From the NCBI GenBank assembly GCA_038231455.1, contig JBBRLI010000010.1:64747-128746 (forward strand): a DNA stretch of 64,000 nt. The letters are read 5' to 3'. Under the pieces are notes generated by a model, which did not search any database, was not told the DNA's origin, and saw nothing but the letters and a program-made list of their open reading frames with translations. This document shows, one piece after another, positions 48,456 to 58,067 of this stretch (positions within the stretch are counted from its first letter, which is position 1; every line of letters starts with the position of its first letter). Both the position numbers and the translations under genes were made by a program. This DNA is from Vulcanimicrobiales bacterium. GTDB lineage: Bacteria; Vulcanimicrobiota; Vulcanimicrobiia; Vulcanimicrobiales; Vulcanimicrobiaceae.

Positions 48456-49183
48456 TAGGGGCGACGGCCGAACGCGAGGTCGCTGTACACTTTTGCCGTG
48501 ACGAGCGCGACGTACGAGAGCGCGATTGCGCGGACGATCGCCGCGATTAGCAAGTCGACGATGGTCGAGCCCGTAAAGTTATACGGCGAAATGAGCGAAG
48601 AGAGCAGCGGTGGCACGAGGATCGTGCCGATGTAGACGTAGACCAGAATCGTCACGATCGCAAGGACCAGCGTTGGGACGGGATTAGCGCGAGCTTTTTC
48701 GAGCGAGGCCTGCAGTGCCGCCCCGCCCGGGATGCCGCCGATCGCCGCGGCCGGGATCGTGTAGATGAAGAAGAATGCGGCAACGGCGACAAGCACGATG
48801 CCGAGCGCCCCGATCAGGCTGCCGGCGTAACCGGCGACGAAGAGAATGAAGTTGTAGCCGATCGCCGCGAGCAGAATGCCGCCGCCGCGCTTCTTGCCCT
48901 CCTCCCAGCCGTGCTCGAAACTCCCCTTGCCGTGGCGCCAAATGTCATCGGCGATGATCATCGCAACACCGAAGCCAAACGAGTCGAGCAAGAACACGAA
49001 GAGGCCGGCAAATCCGCCGGTGATTCCGCCCATCACGCCGCCGCTGTTCCCGAGCAGCTGTTGCACGAGCACGCCGATCACGGTCATAAGCAGCGGCGCG
49101 ACCAAGAGCGCGGGGTTGCGCACGAGGTGTCCGAGCGCCGTGACATAGGCGCCGAGATCGACTCCGGGCAACCGCTGCTTCAT
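48452..49183 (-). CDS. Integral membrane hypothetical protein
   Basis: About 6 hydrophobic helices. Confidence 0.75.
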   Translation of the reverse strand: MKQRLPGVDLGAYVTALGHLVRNPALLVAPLLMTVIGVLVQQLLGNSGGVMGGITGGFAGLFVFLLDSFGFGVAMIIADDIWRHGKGSFEHGWEEGKKRGGGILLAAIGYNFILFVAGYAGSLIGALGIVLVAVAAFFFIYTIPAAAIGGIPGGAALQASLEKARANPVPTLVLAIVTILVYVYIGTILVPPLLSSLISPYNFTGSTIVDLLIAAIVRAIALSYVALVTAKVYSDLAFGRRPY

Positions 49184-49187
49184 GTGA

Positions 49188-49991
49188 TTATCCTTGCGCG
49201 CCGGCGAGCGCGCTGCCGCACGTACACGTACGTTCTTTTGGCATATTTTCGATGATCCGGTAGATGCCGTTCTTCACGCGTTCGTTGTTGCTTGCGAAGA
49301 TTTTCATGACGCTCGCGTGCGAAACCGGCTCGATTCCGTTATCCCCTTCGAGTCCGACGTCGTAGTCCGTGATCAGCGAGATATTGACGTAACACATCTC
49401 GAGTTCACGAGCGAGATACGATTCGGGGTAGTTGGTCATGTTGATCACTTCCCACCCGAGGCTCGAGAACCACTTGGATTCCGCGCGCGTGGAGAAGCGC
49501 GGCCCTTGAATGACGACGATCGTCCCTGTTTCGTGCGTGGTGATCCCTTCGTCGCGGAGCGCTTTGATCGCGATCGGACGTAGCTGCGCGCAGTACGGGT
49601 CAGCGAAACTTACGTGCGTTGTGATGGGGCCGTCATAGAATGTGTCTTTGCGGCCTGTCGTGCGGTCGACGATCTGATCGGCAACCACCATGTCGCCCGG
49701 CTTGACCGAGGTTTTGAGCGAGCCGCAGGCCGTTGGTCCGATGATCCGCTCGACGCCGAGTTCTTTCATCGCCCACGCGTTCGCGCGATAGTTGATGACT
49801 TGCGGCGGGAAGCGATGGTCTTTGCCATGCCGCGGCAGAAACGCGACCTTGCGTCCGGCGATCTCGCCGAGTGCGATTTTATCGCTCGGCATGCCGTAAG
49901 GCGTTTCTATCCAGACTTCGCGCGCGTTCTCGATCAAGCTATAGAAGCCCGAACCGCCGAAGACGCCGATTTCGGCGTGTTCTTTCGCCAA
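49188..49991 (-). CDS. mtnP: S-methyl-5'-thioadenosine phosphorylase
   Basis: GVFGGSG, TPYG.PS, FLPRHG, NYRAN, GPRFSTRAES, INMT..PE, TDYD; TTG after GAGGAG. Confidence 0.93.
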   Translation of the reverse strand: MAKEHAEIGVFGGSGFYSLIENAREVWIETPYGMPSDKIALGEIAGRKVAFLPRHGKDHRFPPQVINYRANAWAMKELGVERIIGPTACGSLKTSVKPGDMVVADQIVDRTTGRKDTFYDGPITTHVSFADPYCAQLRPIAIKALRDEGITTHETGTIVVIQGPRFSTRAESKWFSSLGWEVINMTNYPESYLARELEMCYVNISLITDYDVGLEGDNGIEPVSHASVMKIFASNNERVKNGIYRIIENMPKERTCTCGSALAGAQG

Positions 49992-50080
49992 CGTTGTCTC
50001 CTCGTAGTGGGTGGAAGGCAACGCCGCGCGTTCGGCGCTGCAGCGGAAGGCTCCCTCCCCCATCGCGCGAACCCGCGACC

Positions 50081-51703
50081 ATGCTTCGCTTGTGCGCCGC
50101 CCTCTTGAGTCTTCTCGTCGCCGTGGGGTGCTCGCGCGTCGATCCGCAAGCAACCGCGGGCCAACGCCACCCCTATACGAAGGCCGGCGTCTTGCGAATC
50201 GCCGATGTCTCGGAGCCCGACCATTTCAATCCGTTGCTCTCGACGATGGATTTGGTTGAAGGCTTGAGTTCGCTGGTCTTTTCGTACTTGGTGATTGCCG
50301 ACGACAACGGCAAACTCATCGGTGACCTGGCAACCGAGGTTCCCTCGCTTGCCAACGGCGGGATTAGCAAAGACGGTCGCACGGTCACCTACCATTTACG
50401 CAAAGACGTCGTCTGGCACGATGGCGTTCGATTTACCTCGCGCGACGTAAAGTGGACGTGGACGGCGGTGCTCAATGGGCACAACAACGTCTTCCACCGC
50501 GAAGGCTACACGGAAATAGCGAGGATCGATACGCCCGATGACACGACGCTCGTCGTTCATTTGAAACGTCGCTATCCACCATTCGTCACGCAGTTTTTTA
50601 CGACGCTGCAAGAGGGATCGAAGTCGATCTTACCCGAGCATCTGCTCGCCAAGCTCCCCAACATTAACGAAGCCTCATTCAACGCCGCGCCGATCGGGAC
50701 GGGTCCGTTCAAATTTGTACGCTGGGACCGCGGTCGCGGCATCACCCTCGTCGCCAACGAGAATTACTTTCACGGGCGACCCAAACTCGATCGCATCGAA
50801 TTTGTCGTGATCCCCGATGACAATACGATCCTCGCACAAGTGAAATCGCACGATGTCGATTTCGTGGTTAGTCCGCCGGGGGCGCTCGTCGACCAATTCC
50901 GCGGACTCGACGGCGTGACGACGGACCTTGCGCCGTGGAGCGGTCAGTCGATCTTCCTAATGAATAACGCGCGACCGGGCCTGCGCGATCCCGCCGTGCG
51001 GCGCGCGATTTCCCGCGCCATCGACTTCGATAGCATCATCACGAAAGTAACGCACGGCGTCGGAGAGCGCGCCTACGACATCATTCCGCCGATCGCGATC
51101 GGCTACGTGAAGAACCCGCCGTACACGTACGATCCGGCGGCGGCACGCGCGATTCTCGAGAAGAACGGTTGGAAAGTCGGCCCCGACGGCATGCGCGCGA
51201 AAGGGACGGAAAAGCTGAACTTCGTCATGTCAGGGATCGCCGGCTCCGCAAATAGCAGTGCACTTGCGGTGCAGATTCAAGGGTGGCTGCACGATGTGGG
51301 CATTACCATGACGATCAAAAACTATCCGTACAACATCGTCTTTGCCTATGATGGACCCATCATCAGCGGGAAGTACGATTTCGCGTATTATTCCGAGACG
51401 CTCAACTACGATCCCGATAATTTGACGTATCTTGGTTGCGATCGATTTCCGCCCAAAGGGGAGAATTCGTTCCGGTATTGCGATCCGGTCGTCGACGCCG
51501 GGGAGCGCGCGGGACTTACCGTGGACAACCCGCAAAAACGGGCGAAAATTTACGAGCGGATCCAGCGCCGCATCCACGACACGATCCCGTATCTTCCGAT
51601 GTACGAGTTGCGCCGCCTGAGCGTTCGCAACAGCGACATGAAAGGCTACCGCCCCGCGCCGACGATCGCTCCTTGGTGGAACGCGTGGGAGTGGAGCATC
51701 TAG
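50081..51703 (+). CDS. Peptide/nickel ABC transporter substrate-binding lipoprotein (family 5)
   Basis: Lipobox AVGC, LRKDVVWHDG..FTSRDV, PIGTGPFK motifs. Confidence 0.9.
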   Translation: MLRLCAALLSLLVAVGCSRVDPQATAGQRHPYTKAGVLRIADVSEPDHFNPLLSTMDLVEGLSSLVFSYLVIADDNGKLIGDLATEVPSLANGGISKDGRTVTYHLRKDVVWHDGVRFTSRDVKWTWTAVLNGHNNVFHREGYTEIARIDTPDDTTLVVHLKRRYPPFVTQFFTTLQEGSKSILPEHLLAKLPNINEASFNAAPIGTGPFKFVRWDRGRGITLVANENYFHGRPKLDRIEFVVIPDDNTILAQVKSHDVDFVVSPPGALVDQFRGLDGVTTDLAPWSGQSIFLMNNARPGLRDPAVRRAISRAIDFDSIITKVTHGVGERAYDIIPPIAIGYVKNPPYTYDPAAARAILEKNGWKVGPDGMRAKGTEKLNFVMSGIAGSANSSALAVQIQGWLHDVGITMTIKNYPYNIVFAYDGPIISGKYDFAYYSETLNYDPDNLTYLGCDRFPPKGENSFRYCDPVVDAGERAGLTVDNPQKRAKIYERIQRRIHDTIPYLPMYELRRLSVRNSDMKGYRPAPTIAPWWNAWEWSI

Positions 51704-53214
51704 TTCACTTTATCGAGAACGGCGCGCGCGTGGCTGCCGCCCCGCGGGCGCTGCGTAACGTTGAACTCGCGCGTCATCGTGCTCACGATGAAGAGCCCTC
51801 GCCCGCGCTCGCTCATCGGATTGATCGGCAGTCGCGGCGCATGTGCGAAGCCCGGTCCCGTATCGAGCACGTGCAGCACGGGGACCTCGCCGCTCGAGTC
51901 GAGCGTGATATCCGCCCACCGCGGCGCGTAGCGATACACGTTGCCGATCAATTCGCCAAAGACGAGTTCCGCTGTCTGACGCGCTTCGAGACTGAATCCA
52001 CGAACCTCAAGTTCGCGCAGAAACTCCGCTTTCGTTTCGCTCGCCGTCTCCTGATCGGTCACATCGAAGGACCAATGCATGAGGCGATCGGTATCCAATT
52101 CTCGCGACACGATGCCAACGGCGAGGACGGCGACGTCGTCGCGCGCTTCGCCGCCGGCGACGATATCGTGAATGGCGAGCGCGACATTGGGCGCTTCACG
52201 GACATTCGCGTCGGCGAGCGCCGCGATCAGGCGCTTTTCGCCTTCGATGACATCGCGCGTAACTTCAGTTAGCCCGTCCGTGTAGAGCACCAAGAGTGAA
52301 TCGATCGGCAGCTCCACCGTTTCGACACCGCGCGGCTCTTTCGCGGTAATTCCAAGGCCCAGCGGGACGCCAAACGATCGCAGTTCGGTGGTGTTGCCGT
52401 CGGCAAATCGGAGCATTGGTCGCGGGTGTCCCGCGGATGAAAACTGCAGGATGGACGTAATCGGGTCGTAGACACCGACAAACGCCGTGACCAAGGCGTT
52501 GGGATCTTCGGCCTGCAGTGTGCGATCGGCCGCGTCGAGCATCATCGCAGGATCCGGGTGAATCTGTGCGACCCCGCGGATGACTTGCCGGACACTCGCC
52601 ATCGTGACGGCAGCGTCGAGTCCCGAACCACAAACATCACCGATCGATATAAGAATCCGGCTATCGGGGAGTTGCAGCGCGTCGTACCAGTCGCCACCGA
52701 TTTTCGCCTCATCCATTCCCGGACGATAGAACGCGCTGAAGACCAGACCCGGGACTTGTGGGAGCGCGCGCGGCATCGCCGCTTTTTGAAATCGTTGCGC
52801 GACGCGCTGTTCGTGCTTATACAGGTGTGAGACACGACTCAATTTTACCGACAAGCGCCGGGCGCGGACGAGCGTTTCAACGCGCACGCGCATTTCGCGT
52901 TTGTCGAGCGGGCGCAGGGCCACGTCGTCGACTACGCGCCACTGTTCCTTGGACATGAGGCCGACCGCTTTACGATCGCTGAGCAAGAGGACCGGGAGCA
53001 AGGCGGGGTCCTCGCGCGTCCGCATCGCTGCGAGTTCTTCGACGTACTTGTTGAGTGAGGAGCCGTCGAGAATACACAGATCGATTTCTGCGCTCGCTTC
53101 TGCTTGCGATGCGACGGTCGGCACATCGAAGGTCACGTCGTACTGCGGCACGAGCACCTGTGCGAGCAGATTCTGATTCTCGCGATTGGCGAGAACGACC
53201 AGGATTCGCTCCAC
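51700..53214 (-). CDS. Receiver-like / SpoIIE (PP2C) phosphatase / RsbW-like HATPase multidomain protein
   Basis: GGDWYD, GDVCGSG, SAGHP, YTDGL, DDVA; C-terminal ELIGN, DTGPGF, GRGL. Confidence 0.88.
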   Translation of the reverse strand: MERILVVLANRENQNLLAQVLVPQYDVTFDVPTVASQAEASAEIDLCILDGSSLNKYVEELAAMRTREDPALLPVLLLSDRKAVGLMSKEQWRVVDDVALRPLDKREMRVRVETLVRARRLSVKLSRVSHLYKHEQRVAQRFQKAAMPRALPQVPGLVFSAFYRPGMDEAKIGGDWYDALQLPDSRILISIGDVCGSGLDAAVTMASVRQVIRGVAQIHPDPAMMLDAADRTLQAEDPNALVTAFVGVYDPITSILQFSSAGHPRPMLRFADGNTTELRSFGVPLGLGITAKEPRGVETVELPIDSLLVLYTDGLTEVTRDVIEGEKRLIAALADANVREAPNVALAIHDIVAGGEARDDVAVLAVGIVSRELDTDRLMHWSFDVTDQETASETKAEFLRELEVRGFSLEARQTAELVFGELIGNVYRYAPRWADITLDSSGEVPVLHVLDTGPGFAHAPRLPINPMSERGRGLFIVSTMTREFNVTQRPRGGSHARAVLDKVN

Positions 53215-53216
53215 GA

Positions 53217-54672
53217 TTAATGGACCCGGCCGGCGAAGCCGAGGATGCCGCCTAAATCATCGACGGGTTCACCCACGACAACGCCCGCCGAAGTGATCGT
53301 AAATCGCTGGAGTGTTTTGTCGAAATCGCTCAAGCGCTTCTTTAGGACACCGAGGGCGCGTCCGAGCTGTGAGCTCTCACCTTCGCGTTGTTCGATATAG
53401 CGTAGGTACACGACGTTGTCGGCAAGATAGCTGATCCCGACATCGGAGACGCGGAAGTCGGTCAATTCTGCAAGTTCGTTGACGAGCAAAACCGTGACGC
53501 CCATGTTTTGCAAATACTTGCAGAGCTCGTGGAGCCGCTCCGTCAAATCGTTGCCGGCAACCGAGAGCCGATAGCCGCTGATGCTATCGAGCATGACGAC
53601 CCGTGTTCCATTTTTCTCAACGTCGTGGCGGACGAGGTTCGCAAACTCATCCACGCCAAAGCGCAGCGCTTCGATCTCGACGACGCAAAGTGTTCCCCGC
53701 TCCGTCATTTCTCGAACCGGAATGTTCACGCTCGCGCAGCGGTTGAGGAGCGTTTGCGCCCGTTCGTCGAAGGTGTACACGGTGCAGCGTTCGCCGCGTG
53801 CCGCCGCTTCTTTCATGAACCCAACGCCGATCGTCGTCTTCCCGACGCCGCTCGGACCGGAGACGAGCGTAATCGTGCCGCGCTCGATCCCGCCGTGCAG
53901 AAGGCGATCCAGGCCATCGATTCCCCATGGAAGTTTTTCCGTGCTGAACTCGATGTGGTGCTGTTCTGGCACGAGACGCGGGAAAACCGTGGCCCCACGC
54001 TCGTTCAAACGCAGTGTGTGAATGCCCGATCGATACGCGGAACCGCGAAACTTCGTTACGCGCAGAGCGTCGTTGCGCGCACCGGGTTCGATTGCGATCA
54101 CGCCGTCGACGAGAAAGCGTAGATCGTCATCCGGAGAGTCGGGGCTCGATTCGGAGGTCAAGACGACGCACGCGCCGCCATCGACGAGAAAACGTAAGAA
54201 CGAGAGCGTCTGACGGCGGAATTCGTTTTGGTCTTTTGAGAGATAGCGCAGATGCGTCATCGAATCGACGAAGATGCGGCGTGGACGATGCTCGGCGATT
54301 GCCCGCTTGATCGCATCCGTCGTCGGTTCGAGCTCGACTTCAGCAGGCTGAGAAAATGTCGTAGTTTTTCATCTGCGAGAAGAGATCGGCGGACGGGCTC
54401 AGATCGCAGAACTGAACGCCGTCGGTTGAGAAACCGCTTGATTCCGCGTTCGCGCGCAGCTCCGATTCGGGTTCGCCGAAGGTGATGAACATGACGGATT
54501 CACCGGCCACGATTCCTTCGGAGAGGAAGTGCCAGCCGAGCGTTGTTTTGCCGCTCCCGGGCGGCCCGGTGAGCAGGTACGTGCGACGCGGTACGAAGCC
54601 GCCAAGGAGCACTTCGTCTAGTCCGGCGATGCCGGAGCCGACACGGCTGGCGGGGATCGTTGGCGCATTCAT
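53217..54672 (-). pseudogene. KaiC/GvpD-like double-domain RecA ATPase, split by a +1 frameshift near 54348
   Basis: GPPGSGKTT in 54340-54672 and GPSGVGKTT in 53217-54260; removing one base restores YDIFSPAEVELEP...FVDSMTHLR. Confidence 0.8.
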
Positions 54673-54934
54673 TCGACGATCGTTTCTCCGGTTCGACCGC
54701 CTAGAATGGCGGTTTCGAAGTGGAGATTTCCCAGATTAGCTAGCAGGCAAACGCCGCTCTGAGGGCGCGGTTTTTGGATTGGGTTTCGGCGGAGTTACGC
54801 GGCGGTTCGCGCGGCGCGCGACTCGGTTGTGGCGGTTTCGCGCGCGGCGCGCGAAACGTGGGCAAGCGCCACGTGTGGCGCCTCTGCGGCGGCGCGGCTT
54901 GGGCGTATCCCGTGGCGGGCCGATTTCCGCGACG

Positions 54935-55411
54935 TTAGTCGCGAAAATCGCTTGGTTTCAATTCCTCGATGAACTTCTTAAACCGCTGCGTATCCTCAAC
55001 ATCGCCCTTCTTATCGGGCACCGTCTCCTCAAGCGCGATCTTATCCGTCACATAAATCGGCGCGTGCATACGCAGTGCGAGTGCGATCCCATCAGAGGGA
55101 CGCGCATCGATCTCTTGCGTGTCGCCGTTTTGGCGCACGATCAACTTGGCAAAAAACGTCGAGTCTTTGATGTCGTGAATGATGATCTGTTCGAGTTTTG
55201 CCGACAACGACTCGAGCATGCTGCGCATGAGATCGTGCGAGAGCGGGCGCGGAACTTGCGTCCCTTCCAGTGCAAGCGCGATCGCGGTCGCTTCGAAAGG
55301 ACCGATCAGGATCGGTAAGTAGCGCTTGCCTTCGAGATCCTTGAGGATGACGACCGGATCGTGCGTGAGCAAATCGATCCCGAGTTTGTCAACCTTCATC
55401 TGGCGCATCAC
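54935..55411 (-). CDS. Bifunctional nuclease family (DUF151) protein
   Basis: LPILIGPFEA, RPLSHDL, IDARPSDGIALALR motifs. Confidence 0.93.
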   Translation of the reverse strand: MMRQMKVDKLGIDLLTHDPVVILKDLEGKRYLPILIGPFEATAIALALEGTQVPRPLSHDLMRSMLESLSAKLEQIIIHDIKDSTFFAKLIVRQNGDTQEIDARPSDGIALALRMHAPIYVTDKIALEETVPDKKGDVEDTQRFKKFIEELKPSDFRD

Positions 55412-55466
55412 AAGAGAATCCTACGCATGTAGGGCGAATCCTTTGGTGGAGTAGAACAGAGCAACC

Positions 55467-56561
55467 ATGGCTTTATCCTGTGGAATCGTCGGACTTCCCA
55501 ATGTCGGGAAATCGACGATTTTTAATGCACTTACCCGTTCCGCTCAAGCACTCGCGGCGAACTACCCGTTTGCGACGATCGAGCCCAATATTGGCGAGGT
55601 GCCCGTGCCGGACAACCGGATCAAGGTCCTCTCCGAGATCAGTCACACCAAGAAGATCGTCTATGCGACGATGAAATTCGTCGACATCGCGGGCCTCGTT
55701 CGCGGTGCGGCCAGCGGCCAGGGCTTAGGCAACGCGTTTCTCAGTCACATCCGCGAAACGGATGCCGTGGCGATGGTCGTGCGCTGTTTCGAAGACGACA
55801 ACGTCACGCACGTCGAGGGCGGCCCGGATCCCCTGCGCGACATCGAGATCATCAATATCGAGATGGCGCTGGCGGATCTTTCGACCTTGCAGAAGCGCGA
55901 AGACAAACTCGCCCGCGAGGCGCGCGTCAATCCGAAGATCGGACCTCGCCTCGATGCGCTGCGTGACCTGATCAAGACGCTCGAAGAGGGCAAGCCGGCC
56001 CGCACGTATGCGGCAGATTCGCTTCAGATGGAACTCGCTCGTGAGAGCTTTTTGCTGACCGCAAAGCCGATGCTCTACGTCGCCAACGTTGACGAAGAGC
56101 AGATCGGCAAGCCCGGTCCGCTCGCCCAGGCAGTTTTCGCCCATGCGAAGACCGAGAACAGCCGCGCAATCGCCTTCTCCGGCAAAGTCGAGTCGGAGTT
56201 CGTCGGGCTCTCCGATGAAGAAGCCGATGAGTTCAAATCGGAACTGGGGATCGACAGCGGCGGCCTCGATCAGCTGATCCTTTCCGCCTACGATCTGCTC
56301 GGCCTCATGACGTTTCTCACCACGGGCGAGCAAGAAACGCGGGCGTGGACGATCGAGAAGAACACCCGTGCGCCGCAGGCAGCTGGGAAGATCCACAGCG
56401 ACATCGAGCGCGGTTTCATTCGCGCCGAGATCGTCTCGTACGATGACTACGCACGCCTCAAAACGATGGAGGCGATCAAGTCGGCCGGCCTCATGCGGAG
56501 CGAAGGTAAGGAATACGTCATGCAAGAGGGCGACGTGGTAAATTTTCGCTTCAACGTCTAG
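55467..56561 (+). CDS. ychF: Redox-regulated ATPase YchF
   Basis: GIVGLPNVGKST, NYPFATIEPN, VDIAGLV, GKIHSD..RGFI, EGKEYVMQEGD motifs. Confidence 0.97.
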   Translation: MALSCGIVGLPNVGKSTIFNALTRSAQALAANYPFATIEPNIGEVPVPDNRIKVLSEISHTKKIVYATMKFVDIAGLVRGAASGQGLGNAFLSHIRETDAVAMVVRCFEDDNVTHVEGGPDPLRDIEIINIEMALADLSTLQKREDKLAREARVNPKIGPRLDALRDLIKTLEEGKPARTYAADSLQMELARESFLLTAKPMLYVANVDEEQIGKPGPLAQAVFAHAKTENSRAIAFSGKVESEFVGLSDEEADEFKSELGIDSGGLDQLILSAYDLLGLMTFLTTGEQETRAWTIEKNTRAPQAAGKIHSDIERGFIRAEIVSYDDYARLKTMEAIKSAGLMRSEGKEYVMQEGDVVNFRFNV

Positions 56562-56734
56562 GTACGGGGCCTTCCCGGTGAGTCGGGAAGTCACCAACTC
56601 AGGGTCTTGCCTCGGATCGCCGATAGGTAAGCAACCGGGGCCGCGATGACTCGCCAAATGTCGAACGAACTACTAGGGAAATTCGCCATTTGTCCTAAAG
56701 CCCCAAAACGGCATATTAGGAGGCCACACTACAA

Positions 56735-57994
56735 ATGACGACTGCCGTGCGCGACGTTTCCGTCTTCGGTGATGCGATCACGTACTTCAACGAAGCTGCC
56801 GCGCTGCTCAATCTCGACGACGGAATGCGAGCGATTCTCACGCACCCCTCGCGTCAGATCATTTTCTCGATTCCGTTTCAGCGCGACAACGGGACCCTCG
56901 AAGTCTATACGGGGTACCGCGTTCAGTACAATTTTGCGCGCGGTCCGGCCAAAGGCGGCATCCGCTACCATCCCGGCGTGACGCTCGATGAAGTCACGGC
57001 GCTCGCGTTCTGGATGACCTGGAAGTGCGCTGCAGTCGACCTTCCCTTCGGCGGCGGAAAAGGCGGCGTCACGTGCGACCCGACGACGCTCTCGCAGAGC
57101 GAACTCGAACGCATCACGCGTCGCTACGCAGCCGAACTCGTCGAAGTGGTCGGCCCCGATAAAGACGTCCCCGCGCCCGATGTCGGCACGACGCCGCAGA
57201 TCATGGCGTGGTTCATGGATACGTACTCGATGCATACGCACGCGAATACGCCCGGTGTCGTAACGGGCAAGCCGCTCGAAATCGGCGGCTCGCGCGGGCG
57301 CGTCGAGGCAACGGGCCGTGGCGTCTCGCTCACCGCGTTCGATCAGATGGCCGTCATGGGCATGCCGATCGAAGGCGCGCGCGTTGCCGTGCAAGGATTC
57401 GGCAACGTCGGGTCGATTGCCGCCAGAATGTTCGTCGATGCAGGCTGCAAAGTCGTCGGCATTTCCGATGTAACCGGTGCGTATTACAACGCGGCTGGGC
57501 TCGACATCAACGGCGCGATCGCCTACGCGCAAGAGCACCATTCGCTTGCCGGCTATCGCGGCGGTGAGAAGATCTCCAACGGCGCGCTGCTCGAAGTCGA
57601 GTGCGACGTGCTCGTCCCGGCGGCGCTCGAAAAAGTGCTCACGATCGAAAACGCGCATCGCATCAAAGCGAAGCTCATCGTCGAGGGCGCAAACGGTCCG
57701 ACGACGCCCGAAGCCGATCACGTTTTCAAAGATTCCGGTATCGTCGTGATCCCGGATATCATCGCGAACGCCGGCGGCGTAACGGTTTCGTACTTTGAGT
57801 GGGTCCAAGATCGCCAGGGCTACTTCTGGAAAGAAAAAGAAGTCAACGAGCGGCTCAAAGAACAGCTGATCGAAAATTTCCACGTGGTCCGCGCGCTCGC
57901 GGACGCACGTGGCGTCACGCTTCGCACGGCGGCCTACATGGTCGCAATCGAACGCGTTGTTACTTCGCTAAAAATGCGCGGCGTTTACGCCTAA
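56735..57994 (+). CDS. gdhA: Glu/Leu/Phe/Val dehydrogenase (glutamate dehydrogenase)
   Basis: GPAKGGIRYH, GGGKGG, VPAPD, GFGNVG, EGANGP, NAGGVTVSYFEW; AGGAGG SD. Confidence 0.9.
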   Translation: MTTAVRDVSVFGDAITYFNEAAALLNLDDGMRAILTHPSRQIIFSIPFQRDNGTLEVYTGYRVQYNFARGPAKGGIRYHPGVTLDEVTALAFWMTWKCAAVDLPFGGGKGGVTCDPTTLSQSELERITRRYAAELVEVVGPDKDVPAPDVGTTPQIMAWFMDTYSMHTHANTPGVVTGKPLEIGGSRGRVEATGRGVSLTAFDQMAVMGMPIEGARVAVQGFGNVGSIAARMFVDAGCKVVGISDVTGAYYNAAGLDINGAIAYAQEHHSLAGYRGGEKISNGALLEVECDVLVPAALEKVLTIENAHRIKAKLIVEGANGPTTPEADHVFKDSGIVVIPDIIANAGGVTVSYFEWVQDRQGYFWKEKEVNERLKEQLIENFHVVRALADARGVTLRTAAYMVAIERVVTSLKMRGVYA

Positions 57995-58009
57995 ACCGAC
58001 TCGGTCATG

Positions 58010-58046
58010 AAAAAAGAACCTCGCATCGAGCGAGGTTCTTTTTTTT
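58010..58046. terminator. Bidirectional intrinsic terminator
   Basis: AAAAAAGAACCTCGC-ATCGA-GCGAGGTTCTTTTTT. Confidence 0.9.
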
Positions 58047-58067
58047 CTACACGGCCTCGTGCTTGCT

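Noticed and set aside
53217-54672. Circadian KaiABC clock
   Set aside because: No kaiA or kaiB nearby; the context fits non-circadian KaiC-like ATPases.
56729-57883. Long antisense ORFs opposite gdhA, ychF and the AAA-R3H gene
   Set aside because: Typical shadow ORFs of GC-rich conserved genes.
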